From Candidatus Kerfeldbacteria bacterium (GTDB lineage Bacteria; Patescibacteriota; Patescibacteriia; UBA9570; XYC2-FULL-38-9): a stretch of DNA of 64,000 nt. The notes under the pieces are model-generated. The model saw only the letters and a program-made list of their open reading frames with translations, was not told where the DNA came from and made no database searches. The stretch is from the NCBI GenBank assembly GCA_016182555.1, contig JACPGJ010000003.1, forward strand, positions 10,920 through 74,919, read 5' to 3'. Of the stretch, positions 51,217-61,465 are shown in pieces (position 1 is the first letter of the stretch; every line of letters starts with the position of its first letter). Both the position numbers and the translations under genes were made by a program.

Positions 51217-52629
51217 TTATTCTTGATTGCGTTCTAATTCTTCCCAGGAAATGAAGGAGTATTCATTTTCTGTGGGAAAATAGGGTGGTGGATTATAGGT
51301 TAAATTTGGGTCATATTTCGTATCGGTGTAGTTGTATCCACTCGTTACTGGTCCGGTGTCTGAAGAAACCCAGCTCCATGTCCAAAAACCATTAGAAATA
51401 ATGGAACCATAGATTTTTATTGTATCACGAAGGGCATAGGTTTTGTAGGGATCTTTTTTGGATTGGGAATAATAGTATCGCATCACGTGTCCATTGATAG
51501 CAAGTATTGCGCCATTTAAATCTAACGTATCATCAGAACGTAGCGGAATGAGCACATCGTCTTGGGCGATCACACCTAGTTCATCTGCACCATCATGGCC
51601 AGTGTAGTTGAGTGAATTTGGAATATAGATATCTGCCCATGGGTAAGAACCATCTGGTAACCGTGCAGCGACCACCGTTGCATGGCCGGTGACTACGCCG
51701 GATACCCACGTGTCATCTTCTAAGAAAATTAACCCATTTGATGGAAGGGGAATGTTCGTATATCCAGATAATGCGGTCCATGTTTTTTTATCGTTGGCCA
51801 CGGTGATCCAACTCGTTCCATCATAGGCATTGACCGCTGGGTAGACCGTTGTGACACTGGAAATGGTTAGCGTACCTTTATTATGGAATTCAAGAAAATA
51901 TCCATAGCTTCCCGAGTCACCTAAATAGATGCCGCCCGCTATTGCTTCATTTTTGAGATTTTCTAAATCAACCGAAAAAGAATGAAAATCAACGGTTTGT
52001 ACAGGATATTTCCAGAATTTTGGATTTTCCCCACTGCCCCACACACCAGGTTTTACTTCATTTGTACAGCCCTGTTCCGGCCCACAAATATAACTCTCTA
52101 CGGCAGATGTGACTAGCGAATCGCTGATTCCATCCATGCGAATACCACCATTGGAATGGATTTTCCCTTTAATTTTTTCTGTACTACCGAACCACACATT
52201 GCTATTTGTGAGAAAAGCGTATTCGGTGAGTGATTGTTTTCCATAGCGAACACGTATGCGACTTTCCACATTTGGTGATTCTTGAGGCGAACCTGCAGAG
52301 GTGATGACCGCAGTCGTTTGCCCGCTGGTTGGTGCTTCTACAGTTAATGTATACGTGCCAAATACGCCACCGTATGGGTCGGTATAATGATGTGTTCCCG
52401 TATCTGTCGTGAAATCTTCGGGGTCATGCGCTAAATGCCAACGGTAATAATTCGTTCCGGCTTCTGCAATACTTGTTCCTTGGGCGCGATAGACTTCATA
52501 CGCTACGGCTTTGTGTTGCACCATAATAAAGCTCAGTGTTGCACCGAACATGATTAAAAAGAGTGAAGAAAAGAAGAGTGTCATGAGCAAGGCGGAGCCA
52601 GAGGGGGAATGGGTGGGTCGTTTGCGCAT
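51217..52629 (-). CDS. PilX-like minor pilin
   Basis: GSALLMTL N-terminus, IAEAG, G.IHSNG, YDPNL..PPP.FP. Confidence 0.75.
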   Translation of the reverse strand: MRKRPTHSPSGSALLMTLFFSSLFLIMFGATLSFIMVQHKAVAYEVYRAQGTSIAEAGTNYYRWHLAHDPEDFTTDTGTHHYTDPYGGVFGTYTLTVEAPTSGQTTAVITSAGSPQESPNVESRIRVRYGKQSLTEYAFLTNSNVWFGSTEKIKGKIHSNGGIRMDGISDSLVTSAVESYICGPEQGCTNEVKPGVWGSGENPKFWKYPVQTVDFHSFSVDLENLKNEAIAGGIYLGDSGSYGYFLEFHNKGTLTISSVTTVYPAVNAYDGTSWITVANDKKTWTALSGYTNIPLPSNGLIFLEDDTWVSGVVTGHATVVAARLPDGSYPWADIYIPNSLNYTGHDGADELGVIAQDDVLIPLRSDDTLDLNGAILAINGHVMRYYYSQSKKDPYKTYALRDTIKIYGSIISNGFWTWSWVSSDTGPVTSGYNYTDTKYDPNLTYNPPPYFPTENEYSFISWEELERNQE

Positions 52630-52633
52630 ATCG

Positions 52634-53239
52634 TTAGAAATTTTCTTTCAAATTACGAAGCATCACCATGGCTTCTAATTCGCGAGTGTCAGGAACGCGA
52701 TTGGGGTCCACGTTGGTGAGTACACGAATTTCCACTAAACGAATTTCTGATATATTCGTTGGTTCAGCCAACGGGTTGGTGGATGTATCTGCCGGATAAT
52801 TTTGATTATAATAGGTAAACACCGGATCAGATCCATTTTGAATGTAGTGTGAAATCGTTGTGACGGTTTCGTTCTCGGGCAAATATTCCAGCGGGTCACC
52901 GCTTGGCTCGATGATTCCGCGTTGAATATTCGTTCCTTCTAAGAAGTACCGTACCCGTTCAGTTTCATTATCTTTGTCTACATCGCTGTAAAAAATAATT
53001 TCTTGTTCCGTCGCATCTTCGATAGGATATGCACCGGTGTCCGCGGGCACGGTTTCACGTAATTCACTCACCATGGTTTTTAATGCTTTACGGGATTCGG
53101 CAATGGCATCATTTTGTTCGCTGACAAAGCGTTGAATATTTAAACCGGTCACCAAGAAATGTGCCGCCATGACAGAAAGCATCGCTATAATAGCGGTCAC
53201 CACCATCATTTCTATAATAGTAAATCCGTCCTTGTTCAT
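52634..53239 (-). CDS. Prepilin (PilW/GspJ-like minor pilin)
   Basis: G|FTIIEMMVV class III signal peptide. Confidence 0.85.
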   Translation of the reverse strand: MNKDGFTIIEMMVVTAIIAMLSVMAAHFLVTGLNIQRFVSEQNDAIAESRKALKTMVSELRETVPADTGAYPIEDATEQEIIFYSDVDKDNETERVRYFLEGTNIQRGIIEPSGDPLEYLPENETVTTISHYIQNGSDPVFTYYNQNYPADTSTNPLAEPTNISEIRLVEIRVLTNVDPNRVPDTRELEAMVMLRNLKENF

Positions 53240-54558
53240 GGGGTGAGGGTGATAAGTAATGTGGCATCTCCACTGATATCAATACTGTCGCTAAAACTCA
53301 TAAATCCGTCTGCGCTTACATCGATTGTGAATGTACCCGAGATGAGGGGAGTGAAAAATGTTTGACCAGAGTCATTGGTTGTTTGAGTGAGATCAATGCT
53401 TCCATCTGCGTTCCAGAGGTGCGCCGTTGCACCCGCTAAAGGAATAGTATTACTGTCTTCGATCGTGAGGAGGAGTGTGTCTGAGGCATCGGGTGCGGTA
53501 AGAATAGTCATTGTTACCGTAGAGTCTGGCGGCAACACATACGGAAGATGCGGCGTGCTACCGGCAAAATCATACGTGCCATCAGAGAGTGTTGCGGTGT
53601 ATGTATCAAACTCAATATCACTGTATACGATGTCGCCCGTGCCATTTGTGGTGTTCGTACGGTCAAATTTGGAAATATTATTGCCATCTAAATCTGTACC
53701 AATTCGTTTGTTTCCGGTGGTTCGGATTGAGGCATTGGTATTTGCTTGGTGAGAAATATAATCTTCAACATGCAAAGAGAGATCACTCACTGCATCAATC
53801 GTAAAGGTAGCGGTGGTCACCTCTGATTCAACTACCGTGAGATGAGCTGGGTCGGGGTGGGGATTGGTTTCTGCGTCGACACCATAGGTTTGCGCTGAAG
53901 AATAGCCTGTTTTTGAAATGGTTATTTGATAGGCTTGTACGGAAGGATCAGCGCCAGGAAGGAGAAATTGGCCATTACTATCTGTAGCGGAAGTAAAAGA
54001 AATAGCCGGGTCGACTTCAGTATTCACCACCTGAACTGTGGCATTCGGAATCGGTTCTGCATTTGCGTTATAGACCTCTACCCACATTGTTCCGCCGCCG
54101 GTATCTGTTTCAACTCCTTCCGGAGCAATATTGGTAATGAGAATCACCGGTTTTTGAACGACTTGTTTATTCCAACGCACCTCCACCCGAATTTTTTTAT
54201 AATCGGTATTTACGGTATCAGTCGGCGCAACATCATCAAATGCATCATCGATATAACGAATATCGGTTTCCACGGTAAAGGTGTTATTATTGCGAATAGT
54301 CGTCGTGGTTTGTTCAATCGCTCCTTCCGGAATGCCGCCCACCACTCCGATATCTTCATAGGGCAAGTTTTTAATCGTTTCTAGTTGTGCCTGCGCAATA
54401 CTCACCGCATCTAACCGAGCGGAATCATCACGCAATACGCGAATACCAAGTTGAATCAATGTATAGAGTGCGCTGGTTACTAAAGCAAAAATGGCAATCG
54501 CGATGATGGTTTCCAACAACGTATTACCCGCTGATTTGTTTTGTTGTTTTTTTATCAT
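53236..54558 (-). CDS. Prepilin (PilV-like) with C-terminal carboxypeptidase-regulatory-like beta repeats
   Basis: G|NTLLETII; PIPNATV..TDSNG and PLAGAT..TNDSG repeats. Confidence 0.8.
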   Translation of the reverse strand: MIKKQQNKSAGNTLLETIIAIAIFALVTSALYTLIQLGIRVLRDDSARLDAVSIAQAQLETIKNLPYEDIGVVGGIPEGAIEQTTTTIRNNNTFTVETDIRYIDDAFDDVAPTDTVNTDYKKIRVEVRWNKQVVQKPVILITNIAPEGVETDTGGGTMWVEVYNANAEPIPNATVQVVNTEVDPAISFTSATDSNGQFLLPGADPSVQAYQITISKTGYSSAQTYGVDAETNPHPDPAHLTVVESEVTTATFTIDAVSDLSLHVEDYISHQANTNASIRTTGNKRIGTDLDGNNISKFDRTNTTNGTGDIVYSDIEFDTYTATLSDGTYDFAGSTPHLPYVLPPDSTVTMTILTAPDASDTLLLTIEDSNTIPLAGATAHLWNADGSIDLTQTTNDSGQTFFTPLISGTFTIDVSADGFMSFSDSIDISGDATLLITLTP

Positions 54559-54581
54559 TGGCTCGTCATGATGAAGGCCCT

Positions 54582-55715
54582 TTATATCACATTCACTAAA
54601 TTATACATGGGCCAGAGCACCGCGACCGCGATTAACCCAACAGCCACACCAAGAGAGAGCATCAACAATGGTTCAATCAGCACAGAAAGCCCATCCATAG
54701 CTGTGGATACTTCTTCTTCAAAATGTTCGGCAATTTCTTTTGTCATTTCTTCTAATGAACCGCTAGCTTCTGCAACGATAATCATTTCAACAACGGTAGC
54801 AGGGAAGAGTTGTGGATTTTGCCCAATGGCTGCTCCAATTGACACGCCGCGTTCTAATTGAGGGATGATGGTGCGCAAGAATTCTTGGTACGCACGGTTG
54901 CCAAGCGTTTTAGTAATAATCGTGAATGTTTCAATAATGGGGATATCGGTACTAATCAAGGAATGAAAAACCCGGCTAAATCGTGCGACGTTAAATTCAC
55001 GAATGAGTGTTCCGACAACGGGCATGCGCAGCAATAGCCGGTGCACTGCCAGTTGAATCGCCGCTTGTTTATAGAGCAGAATGATCAGCGTAATGAATGC
55101 GATCAACACACCTGCGGTGAGGATGCCGTGCCCAATAATAAAATCGCTTAGGGTAATCACTATTCGAGTGATGAGTGGCAATTGATAGGAGGCGTCAGCG
55201 TAGAGGGCAACAATTTTGGGAATGACAAAAATCATCATGCCCGTGCCAATGAAGAGCATGGCGATGAGAATAATTGTCGGATAGGCGAGAGCATTACGCA
55301 CTTTCAAGAAGAGAGAGTGTGATTTTTTCATTTGAATAGCCAATTCATTCAGGGTGAGTTCCAATTTTCCACTTAATTCACCGGCTTCAATCATATTAAT
55401 AAAGAGTGGGTCAAACACTTTTTCATATCGTCGTAAAGCAGTAGCAAACGAAACACCGGATTGCACATCCAGTGCGAGATGATCGACTACTTCTTTCAAG
55501 CGTTTGTTGGTCGTTTGTTTAGCAACCGTGATTAAGCCATTTGATAATGAAAAACCAGCTTTGACTAAAACGGCTAAGTTTTGTACGAAAAAAATTTTTT
55601 CCACAGCAGAAATATGAGCCAAGGTAAAGCGTGAATGTTTTTTTGGCACAGGGTTTTTTTTCTTTTGGGGTGTTGTTTTTTTTCCCACCACTTCTTTTGT
55701 TTCCTCCGCAGGCAT
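54582..55715 (-). CDS. pilC: Type IV pilus platform protein PilC/GspF
   Basis: AGELSGKL, ALAYP, AEASGSL, IEP, WPMY. Confidence 0.9.
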   Translation of the reverse strand: MPAEETKEVVGKKTTPQKKKNPVPKKHSRFTLAHISAVEKIFFVQNLAVLVKAGFSLSNGLITVAKQTTNKRLKEVVDHLALDVQSGVSFATALRRYEKVFDPLFINMIEAGELSGKLELTLNELAIQMKKSHSLFLKVRNALAYPTIILIAMLFIGTGMMIFVIPKIVALYADASYQLPLITRIVITLSDFIIGHGILTAGVLIAFITLIILLYKQAAIQLAVHRLLLRMPVVGTLIREFNVARFSRVFHSLISTDIPIIETFTIITKTLGNRAYQEFLRTIIPQLERGVSIGAAIGQNPQLFPATVVEMIIVAEASGSLEEMTKEIAEHFEEEVSTAMDGLSVLIEPLLMLSLGVAVGLIAVAVLWPMYNLVNVI

Positions 55716-55724
55716 AGTTGTTGA

Positions 55725-57464
55725 TTATTCTTTAGTCACACGTAAAATTTCTTCAATAGTGGTGAGCCCTTGCTTCGCTTTCAGAAATCCATCTTGCGCC
55801 ATAGTCATCATTCCTTGTTGCATGGCAATATTCAACAGTTCTTTCGGTGTGGCTTGGTCCAGAATACCTTTGCGTATTTCATCCGTAATTTCAAGAATTT
55901 CATAAATACCAATACGTCCAGCATATCCTCGGTTTCCGCATTCTGCGCATCCTTTTCCTTTATAAAAATTCATCTCTTCCATTTCCGTTTCACCTTCCAC
56001 GTGTTCAACAGATGTGACTGTTTCCAGAATATTTTTCAGTTGTAGTTGTTCTTCCATTTCTTTTACCAGCGAGCGTGTCATGGTGACGGTGAAGCGACAG
56101 TATTCACAAATTTTTCGAACGAGTCGTTGAGCGATAATGAGATTCGTGGTCGAGGCTACTAAATATCGGGGGACGCCCATTTCGGTTAAGCGCGGAATCG
56201 CACCGATCGCATCATTGGTATGTAGCGTGGATAACACTAAATGCCCGGTCATGGCGGCATGCGCAGCAATTTCGGCGGTTTCTCCATCGCGAATTTCACC
56301 CACCATAATAATATTGGGGTCTTGGCGCAACAGTGCGCGCAAGCCCGCTGCAAACGAAAATCCAATTTTTGGTGATATTTGCGCTTGGTTTACTCGCGGA
56401 ATGCGGTATTCAATCGGGTCTTCGACTGTGGAAATATTTACACTTGGCGTATTTAATATATTCAGCACGGAATAAAGCGTTGTTGTTTTCCCAGAACCCG
56501 TCGGGCCAGTGACCAGAAGAATGCCATGTGGTTTTCGAATATTGGCGGTGACAATAGCAATGCGTTCTTTTTGAATGCCGAGTTGTTCAAAAGTGAGTAC
56601 TTTGGCGGATTCATCGAGTAAACGCAATACCACTTTTTCTCCATCGTATACGGGGAAAATAGAAACACGAAACGCAATACGTTTATCGTCGACGGTTATT
56701 TTAAAACGTCCATCTTGTGGTAACCGATGTTCATCAATTTTTAAATTTGCCAATACTTTAATACGAGCAATTAGCGCTTGGTGAAGAATGCGTGGGAATT
56801 TCATGACATCCATCAGAATGCCATCAATACGATAGCGAATGATGACGTGGTTTTCCGTTGGTTCAATATGGATATCTGATGCGCCTTGATAGAGCGCATA
56901 ATTCAGTAATACATCAACGACTTTTACAATCGGAACATCCCGAGCAATACGATTTAATTCCGTTATTCCAGTAAAACTATCCAGCGCCAGGGGCGCGGCA
57001 GTTACCGATTGGAGTTCTTCTTCGAGTGTTTTGTGATATTGTCCAACGATATGTGCAATACTGGCTGAGTCCGTATAATAGACTTGTAATTCCATTCCTG
57101 TTCGTTTTTGAATGAAATCGAGTGTTTGAATATCATCCGGATCACGTGTGGCAACGATGAGCATTTGTTTATTTGCATCGCGCTCTACAATAACAATGTG
57201 GTGCGTTTGTACAATGGTTTCGGGCAATAAATCAATCAGTGATTTGTCAATTGTTTTGCTATTCAAATTGATATAGGGGACACCGAATCCTTCCGCAACG
57301 GTTTGATAGATTTGTTCAGGCTTTACTCCTTTTTTTCCAGCAATTTCTTCTTCAAGGTCGATGTGTTTGTGTTTGGCATCCAGCAGCATTTGTGCGACAT
57401 CATCGCTAGGAGTAAGTATTTTTTCGTGCGTGAGTATTTCTGTTATTTTTTCTGCGTGTTCCAT
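55725..57464 (-). CDS. pilB: Type IV pilus assembly ATPase PilB/GspE
   Basis: ASDIHIEP, PQDGR, GPTGSGKTTTL, LRQDP, TGHLVLSTLHTN, two CxxC pairs. Confidence 0.93.
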   Translation of the reverse strand: MEHAEKITEILTHEKILTPSDDVAQMLLDAKHKHIDLEEEIAGKKGVKPEQIYQTVAEGFGVPYINLNSKTIDKSLIDLLPETIVQTHHIVIVERDANKQMLIVATRDPDDIQTLDFIQKRTGMELQVYYTDSASIAHIVGQYHKTLEEELQSVTAAPLALDSFTGITELNRIARDVPIVKVVDVLLNYALYQGASDIHIEPTENHVIIRYRIDGILMDVMKFPRILHQALIARIKVLANLKIDEHRLPQDGRFKITVDDKRIAFRVSIFPVYDGEKVVLRLLDESAKVLTFEQLGIQKERIAIVTANIRKPHGILLVTGPTGSGKTTTLYSVLNILNTPSVNISTVEDPIEYRIPRVNQAQISPKIGFSFAAGLRALLRQDPNIIMVGEIRDGETAEIAAHAAMTGHLVLSTLHTNDAIGAIPRLTEMGVPRYLVASTTNLIIAQRLVRKICEYCRFTVTMTRSLVKEMEEQLQLKNILETVTSVEHVEGETEMEEMNFYKGKGCAECGNRGYAGRIGIYEILEITDEIRKGILDQATPKELLNIAMQQGMMTMAQDGFLKAKQGLTTIEEILRVTKE

Positions 57465-57551
57465 GTCGATAGTATACAATATTTATGAGTATCCTGCACA
57501 TTGCTTCAGGCTTTTTTCTATGCTACACTACAGCAGAGTCTATTCCTAATT

Positions 57552-57986
57552 ATGAGCATAAACACTTCCCCTGCAGAAGCGACAACAGTATCGGCAACAC
57601 AGCAAGTACCCGAGGCCGGTCAACCGCAAACAATGGTGCCACACAAGCCAGATCGGTTATTGTTTCTTTTTCTATTGGTTTCTATCCTGTTGTCTGCCGC
57701 GTCGTTTGGTTTGATATTGTGGAAAATTCCACCAACAGAAAATACTGTTTTTTTACATTACAACGTGTATTTCGGTGTCGATAGAACAGGAAATTGGAGA
57801 GATATATTTTGGCTTCCGGGTTCTGGTGCGGCAATGGTAGTGGTCAATGCGGCCTTGGTCTTATGGAGTAAACGAATGGATGCATTTATTCGTCGGTTAG
57901 TCCTTGCCTGTACCATGTTATTGCAGATCGTCGTATTCGTTGCTGCTGTGCTTTTGGTGTTATTAAATCATGCCTATGGATATTGA
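57552..57986 (+). CDS. Three-TM hypothetical membrane protein (DUF1648-like)
   Basis: LHYNVYFGVD..G.W motif between TM helices. Confidence 0.65.
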   Translation: MSINTSPAEATTVSATQQVPEAGQPQTMVPHKPDRLLFLFLLVSILLSAASFGLILWKIPPTENTVFLHYNVYFGVDRTGNWRDIFWLPGSGAAMVVVNAALVLWSKRMDAFIRRLVLACTMLLQIVVFVAAVLLVLLNHAYGY

Positions 57987-59037
57987 ATCAATTCCAGTCG
58001 TAAAAATTCTTTTTTTATTTGCACTTTCCTTTGTGGTGACCATCTTGGTTACTCCGGTACTTACTCATTTTTTATATAAATATAAACTAGGAAAGAGCAT
58101 TCGTAGCAATGCCAAGGCGCCCATTTTTTCGAAATTTCATCAAGCGAAAAGTGGCACGCCGACAATGGGAGGCATCTTGATATGGGGAACTACACTCCTT
58201 CTCGCGCTTTCATTTTATTATCTTTCTCGCTGGTTGCCGGTGTTGGTACCGCCGAGTTTTAATTTTTTGACGCGTTCAGAAACATTATTGCCCCTCGGTG
58301 CGCTCATCGCCTCTGCCGTGGTCGGCCTTGTCGATGATATTTTTAATATTCGCCAAGTTGGTGCAGATGGTGGCGGGTTGCATCTGCGCCACCGATTACT
58401 TATTTATACCATCATCGCGCTTGTTGGCGCACTCTGGTTTTATTTCAAACTCGATTGGACCATTATTCATATACCTTTTTATGGTACGGTAGAAATTGAT
58501 TCGTGGGTGATTCCCATATTTATTTTTGTCATTGTGGCTACATCTTTTTCTGTAAATGAAACGGATGGATTGGATGGCCTTGCTGGTGGGGTTTGTTTGG
58601 CGGCTTTTGCAACGTATGTGGCGATTGCATTTATTGAAGGCAAATATGATTTAGCCACATTTTGCGCAGTCATTGCGGGTGCGTTGCTCGCATTTCTCTG
58701 GTTTAATATTCATCCTGCTCGTTTTATCATGGGCGATACAGGCGCCATGCCGCTCGGTGTGACTCTTGGCATTGTTGCGATGCTTACCGATACGGTTTGG
58801 CTGTTGCCGTTTATTGGGTTTATTCTGGTGATCGAATCTGGTTCAGTGATTATTCAAACAGCGTCAAAAATGTTGCGCCAAGGCAAAAAAATATTCCTAT
58901 CATCACCCATTCACCATCATTTTGAAGGCATTGGTTGGCCGGAACCCAAAATTGTGATGCGGTTTTGGATTATCTCTGCGGTGATGGCGGTCATGGGACT
59001 AGTTTTTTTCTTAATCGACCGCGCTATTGTGCGTTAA
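57970..59037 (+). CDS. mraY: Phospho-N-acetylmuramoyl-pentapeptide transferase
   Basis: KSGTPTMGG, DD, NETDGLDGL, MGDTG, PIHHHFE. Confidence 0.95.
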   Translation: MPMDIESIPVVKILFLFALSFVVTILVTPVLTHFLYKYKLGKSIRSNAKAPIFSKFHQAKSGTPTMGGILIWGTTLLLALSFYYLSRWLPVLVPPSFNFLTRSETLLPLGALIASAVVGLVDDIFNIRQVGADGGGLHLRHRLLIYTIIALVGALWFYFKLDWTIIHIPFYGTVEIDSWVIPIFIFVIVATSFSVNETDGLDGLAGGVCLAAFATYVAIAFIEGKYDLATFCAVIAGALLAFLWFNIHPARFIMGDTGAMPLGVTLGIVAMLTDTVWLLPFIGFILVIESGSVIIQTASKMLRQGKKIFLSSPIHHHFEGIGWPEPKIVMRFWIISAVMAVMGLVFFLIDRAIVR

Positions 59038-59140
59038 AAAATGGTAACGCTGTAAATAATAGCATAGCAATGATGGCAATAATGCTAATGAAAATCCATG
59101 CTTTCTCTTGCCATCGTTTTTTCTTCTTTTTTGACATAGT

Positions 59141-59731
59141 ATGTTCACACATTTAATTAATAAATATATTCATATTGACGAAGCGGTGATCCAGGTCATT
59201 CGCCCGTCGTTATTTTCCTATCGCGGTAAAATTTTTTTCTGTCTCTTGTTGCTACTTGGCGATTGTTTTTTCTTTTATCCGCTGCATACTTTAGGCGTGT
59301 GGGGCGATCGAATTTTTTTGTTTCTCTTGCTTGTGGCACTTTTCTGTTTTGCACGCATCGTCATTCTTTGGCTACTCAATGTGGCATTGCTCACCAATAA
59401 ACGCATTATTGATATGAATCAGCCACGGCTATTTGAACGCCATGTATCGGAGTGTCCGCTCGCGCACATTCAGGAAATTCGATACAATACTCAAGGATTG
59501 TGGCGAACGTTGTGTGCCGTAGGAACGGTGGTGATAGATGCTGGGAGTAGTCGTGGTCGCATTGAGTTGGTCGATATTCCCAAACCACAAGCCGTTAAAG
59601 AGCTCATCATGAATGCACAATACCAGCATACCAAAACAGCCAGAAGATCACAAGATACTGAATCGGCCACGATAGACAAGGGCACTGCGGGTGTTGGAAA
59701 CTTATTTGATGAAGAAGGAGAAGAATTATGA
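59141..59731 (+). CDS. Bacterial PH-domain membrane protein
   Basis: Two TM helices; LTNKRIID, IQEI, GTVVI, IPKP. Confidence 0.75.
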   Translation: MFTHLINKYIHIDEAVIQVIRPSLFSYRGKIFFCLLLLLGDCFFFYPLHTLGVWGDRIFLFLLLVALFCFARIVILWLLNVALLTNKRIIDMNQPRLFERHVSECPLAHIQEIRYNTQGLWRTLCAVGTVVIDAGSSRGRIELVDIPKPQAVKELIMNAQYQHTKTARRSQDTESATIDKGTAGVGNLFDEEGEEL

Positions 59732-60165
59732 GGAAAGGGGAGGCATTGCACAATCGATATCAGCAAATATGGCAGTCACGCGCATTTGTGGTGGTGTTAT
59801 TTGTGGTACTTTTTTTTATGTTGAGTTCAGTCACCAAAGAGTTTGCTCGCCGGTATGAAACACGGCATGACATTGCAAAATTGGAAGCGGATGTGGCGCG
59901 ATTATCGCAGCGTAATAGCCAAATGCATGATTTGATTGCTCTCTTGAACACCAGCACGGCCCAAGACAAGGAAGCCCGGGTGAAACTGGGGCTGCAAGCT
60001 CCGGGTGAGCAGATGGTGATTTTGCCCAACGCCCCTGTGCGTGGAGAAATTGTACTTCCTGATAGTGATACGATAGAATATATTCCTGTGCAAACCACGA
60101 GTCCATCTCCGAAACGTTGGTTTGAATATTTTAAGCAAAAATTTTACCATTCACAAACGTTATGA
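59728..60165 (+). CDS. Septum formation initiator (FtsB/DivIC-like)
   Basis: TM, coiled coil, [13 protein letters not shown]. Confidence 0.8.
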   Translation: MRKGEALHNRYQQIWQSRAFVVVLFVVLFFMLSSVTKEFARRYETRHDIAKLEADVARLSQRNSQMHDLIALLNTSTAQDKEARVKLGLQAPGEQMVILPNAPVRGEIVLPDSDTIEYIPVQTTSPSPKRWFEYFKQKFYHSQTL

Positions 60166-61235
60166 CGAACACGCATTCCTCTGAACACGATACACATGAC
60201 CACCGCACGAGCACGGAAAAAAAACCACATGCTGCTGTTTCTGATGAACCATTGAAGACAGCTCATGAAACACCACCCCCAACCGCGACAGAGACGACCG
60301 TAAAACGAAAATCACGCAAACGAATGGTGTATATTGTTATTCTCACAGTCGTTGTGGTATTGGCACTAGTGTTTGGTGGAATGTATTGGATGGTGTATGA
60401 ATCAACAGGACAGAATAGTGTAAAAACGGTGGTGGAAGACACGTTGCCGTGGCCAGTAGCGATTGTGGGCCGCCAGACTGTTCCGCTCGCAGATTACAAT
60501 GCGCGTGTTACATCGACATTATATTTTCTTGATAAGCAAGATGATTTGGGTGTGAATGTCAGTTCTATCCCTTCGGAAGCGACTATTCGTTCTGGTGAAT
60601 TGGACCGGTTGATTGATTTGCACATTATGGAAATGATTGCCAAAGAACGTGGTGTTTCTGTCAGTGCAGACGAAGTAGACAATTATTTTGATAATCAGAT
60701 TCTTCCACAAGCCAGCGGTGGTATGGACGAAATTACCAAAACACTTTCCGATTTGTATAACTGGAATGTAGATCAATTTAAACAATATGTGGTATATGAA
60801 GTGGTGTTACGCCAGAAATTAAGTGAAGCGCTTGTCAGCGACCCGCTACTGGATGCAGAAGCCAAGGCGGAAGCTGATCGTTTGTATGTAGAAATAACCG
60901 CCACTCCAGAAGAGACAAAACCATTTTCAGATTACGCTACAGAATTTAGTGATGACCCGGGAAGTGCACCAGATGGCGGTATGCTTGGTTTTTTTGGAAA
61001 AGGGGAAATGGTACCAGAATTTGAAGCCGCGGCATTTTCTTTGAATGTTGGTGATGTTTCGGCGCCGGTGAAAACTCAATTTGGTTATCATATTATCAAG
61101 GTGACGGATAAAGATGATACAGCTGGCACGGTGCAAGCCCGACATATTTTAATTGCGCCAAAATCGGTGGATGATTTGGTAAAAGAAAAGAAAGCACAAT
61201 TACGTATCATGAAATTCATGCCCAAGTACGAATAG
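60162..61235 (+). CDS. Parvulin-type peptidylprolyl isomerase (PrsA/SurA-like foldase)
   Basis: [36 protein letters not shown]. Confidence 0.9.
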   Translation: MTNTHSSEHDTHDHRTSTEKKPHAAVSDEPLKTAHETPPPTATETTVKRKSRKRMVYIVILTVVVVLALVFGGMYWMVYESTGQNSVKTVVEDTLPWPVAIVGRQTVPLADYNARVTSTLYFLDKQDDLGVNVSSIPSEATIRSGELDRLIDLHIMEMIAKERGVSVSADEVDNYFDNQILPQASGGMDEITKTLSDLYNWNVDQFKQYVVYEVVLRQKLSEALVSDPLLDAEAKAEADRLYVEITATPEETKPFSDYATEFSDDPGSAPDGGMLGFFGKGEMVPEFEAAAFSLNVGDVSAPVKTQFGYHIIKVTDKDDTAGTVQARHILIAPKSVDDLVKEKKAQLRIMKFMPKYE

Positions 61236-61265
61236 GTTTTTGCGTGCGAATTGATCGTTTTCGTG

Positions 61266-61338
61266 AGCCGACGTCGAGAATCGAACTCGAGACCTGCGCG
61301 TTACGAGTGCGCTGCTCTACCGGCTGAGCTACGTCGGC
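61266..61338 (-). tRNA. tRNA-Thr(CGT), CCA not encoded
   Basis: GCCGACGTAGCTCAGCCGGTAGAGCAGCGCACT-CGT-AACGCGCAGGTCTCGAGTTCGATTCTCGACGTCGGCT folds as a cloverleaf. Confidence 0.95.
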
Positions 61339-61354
61339 ATATTTTGTATGATTG

Positions 61355-61383
61355 ATGATATAGAATAATGACCGAGCAGTCAA
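61355..61383 (-). promoter_or_regulatory. Promoter of tRNA-Thr
   Basis: TTGACT-17 nt-TATCAT. Confidence 0.6.
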
Positions 61384-61465
61384 TCGGTACCCGGTAGTTC
61401 AAGTCGTCAGACAAGTCGTCAGTCAGTTTGACATGATTGCTCATGTATTGTATTCTACACGGTAC

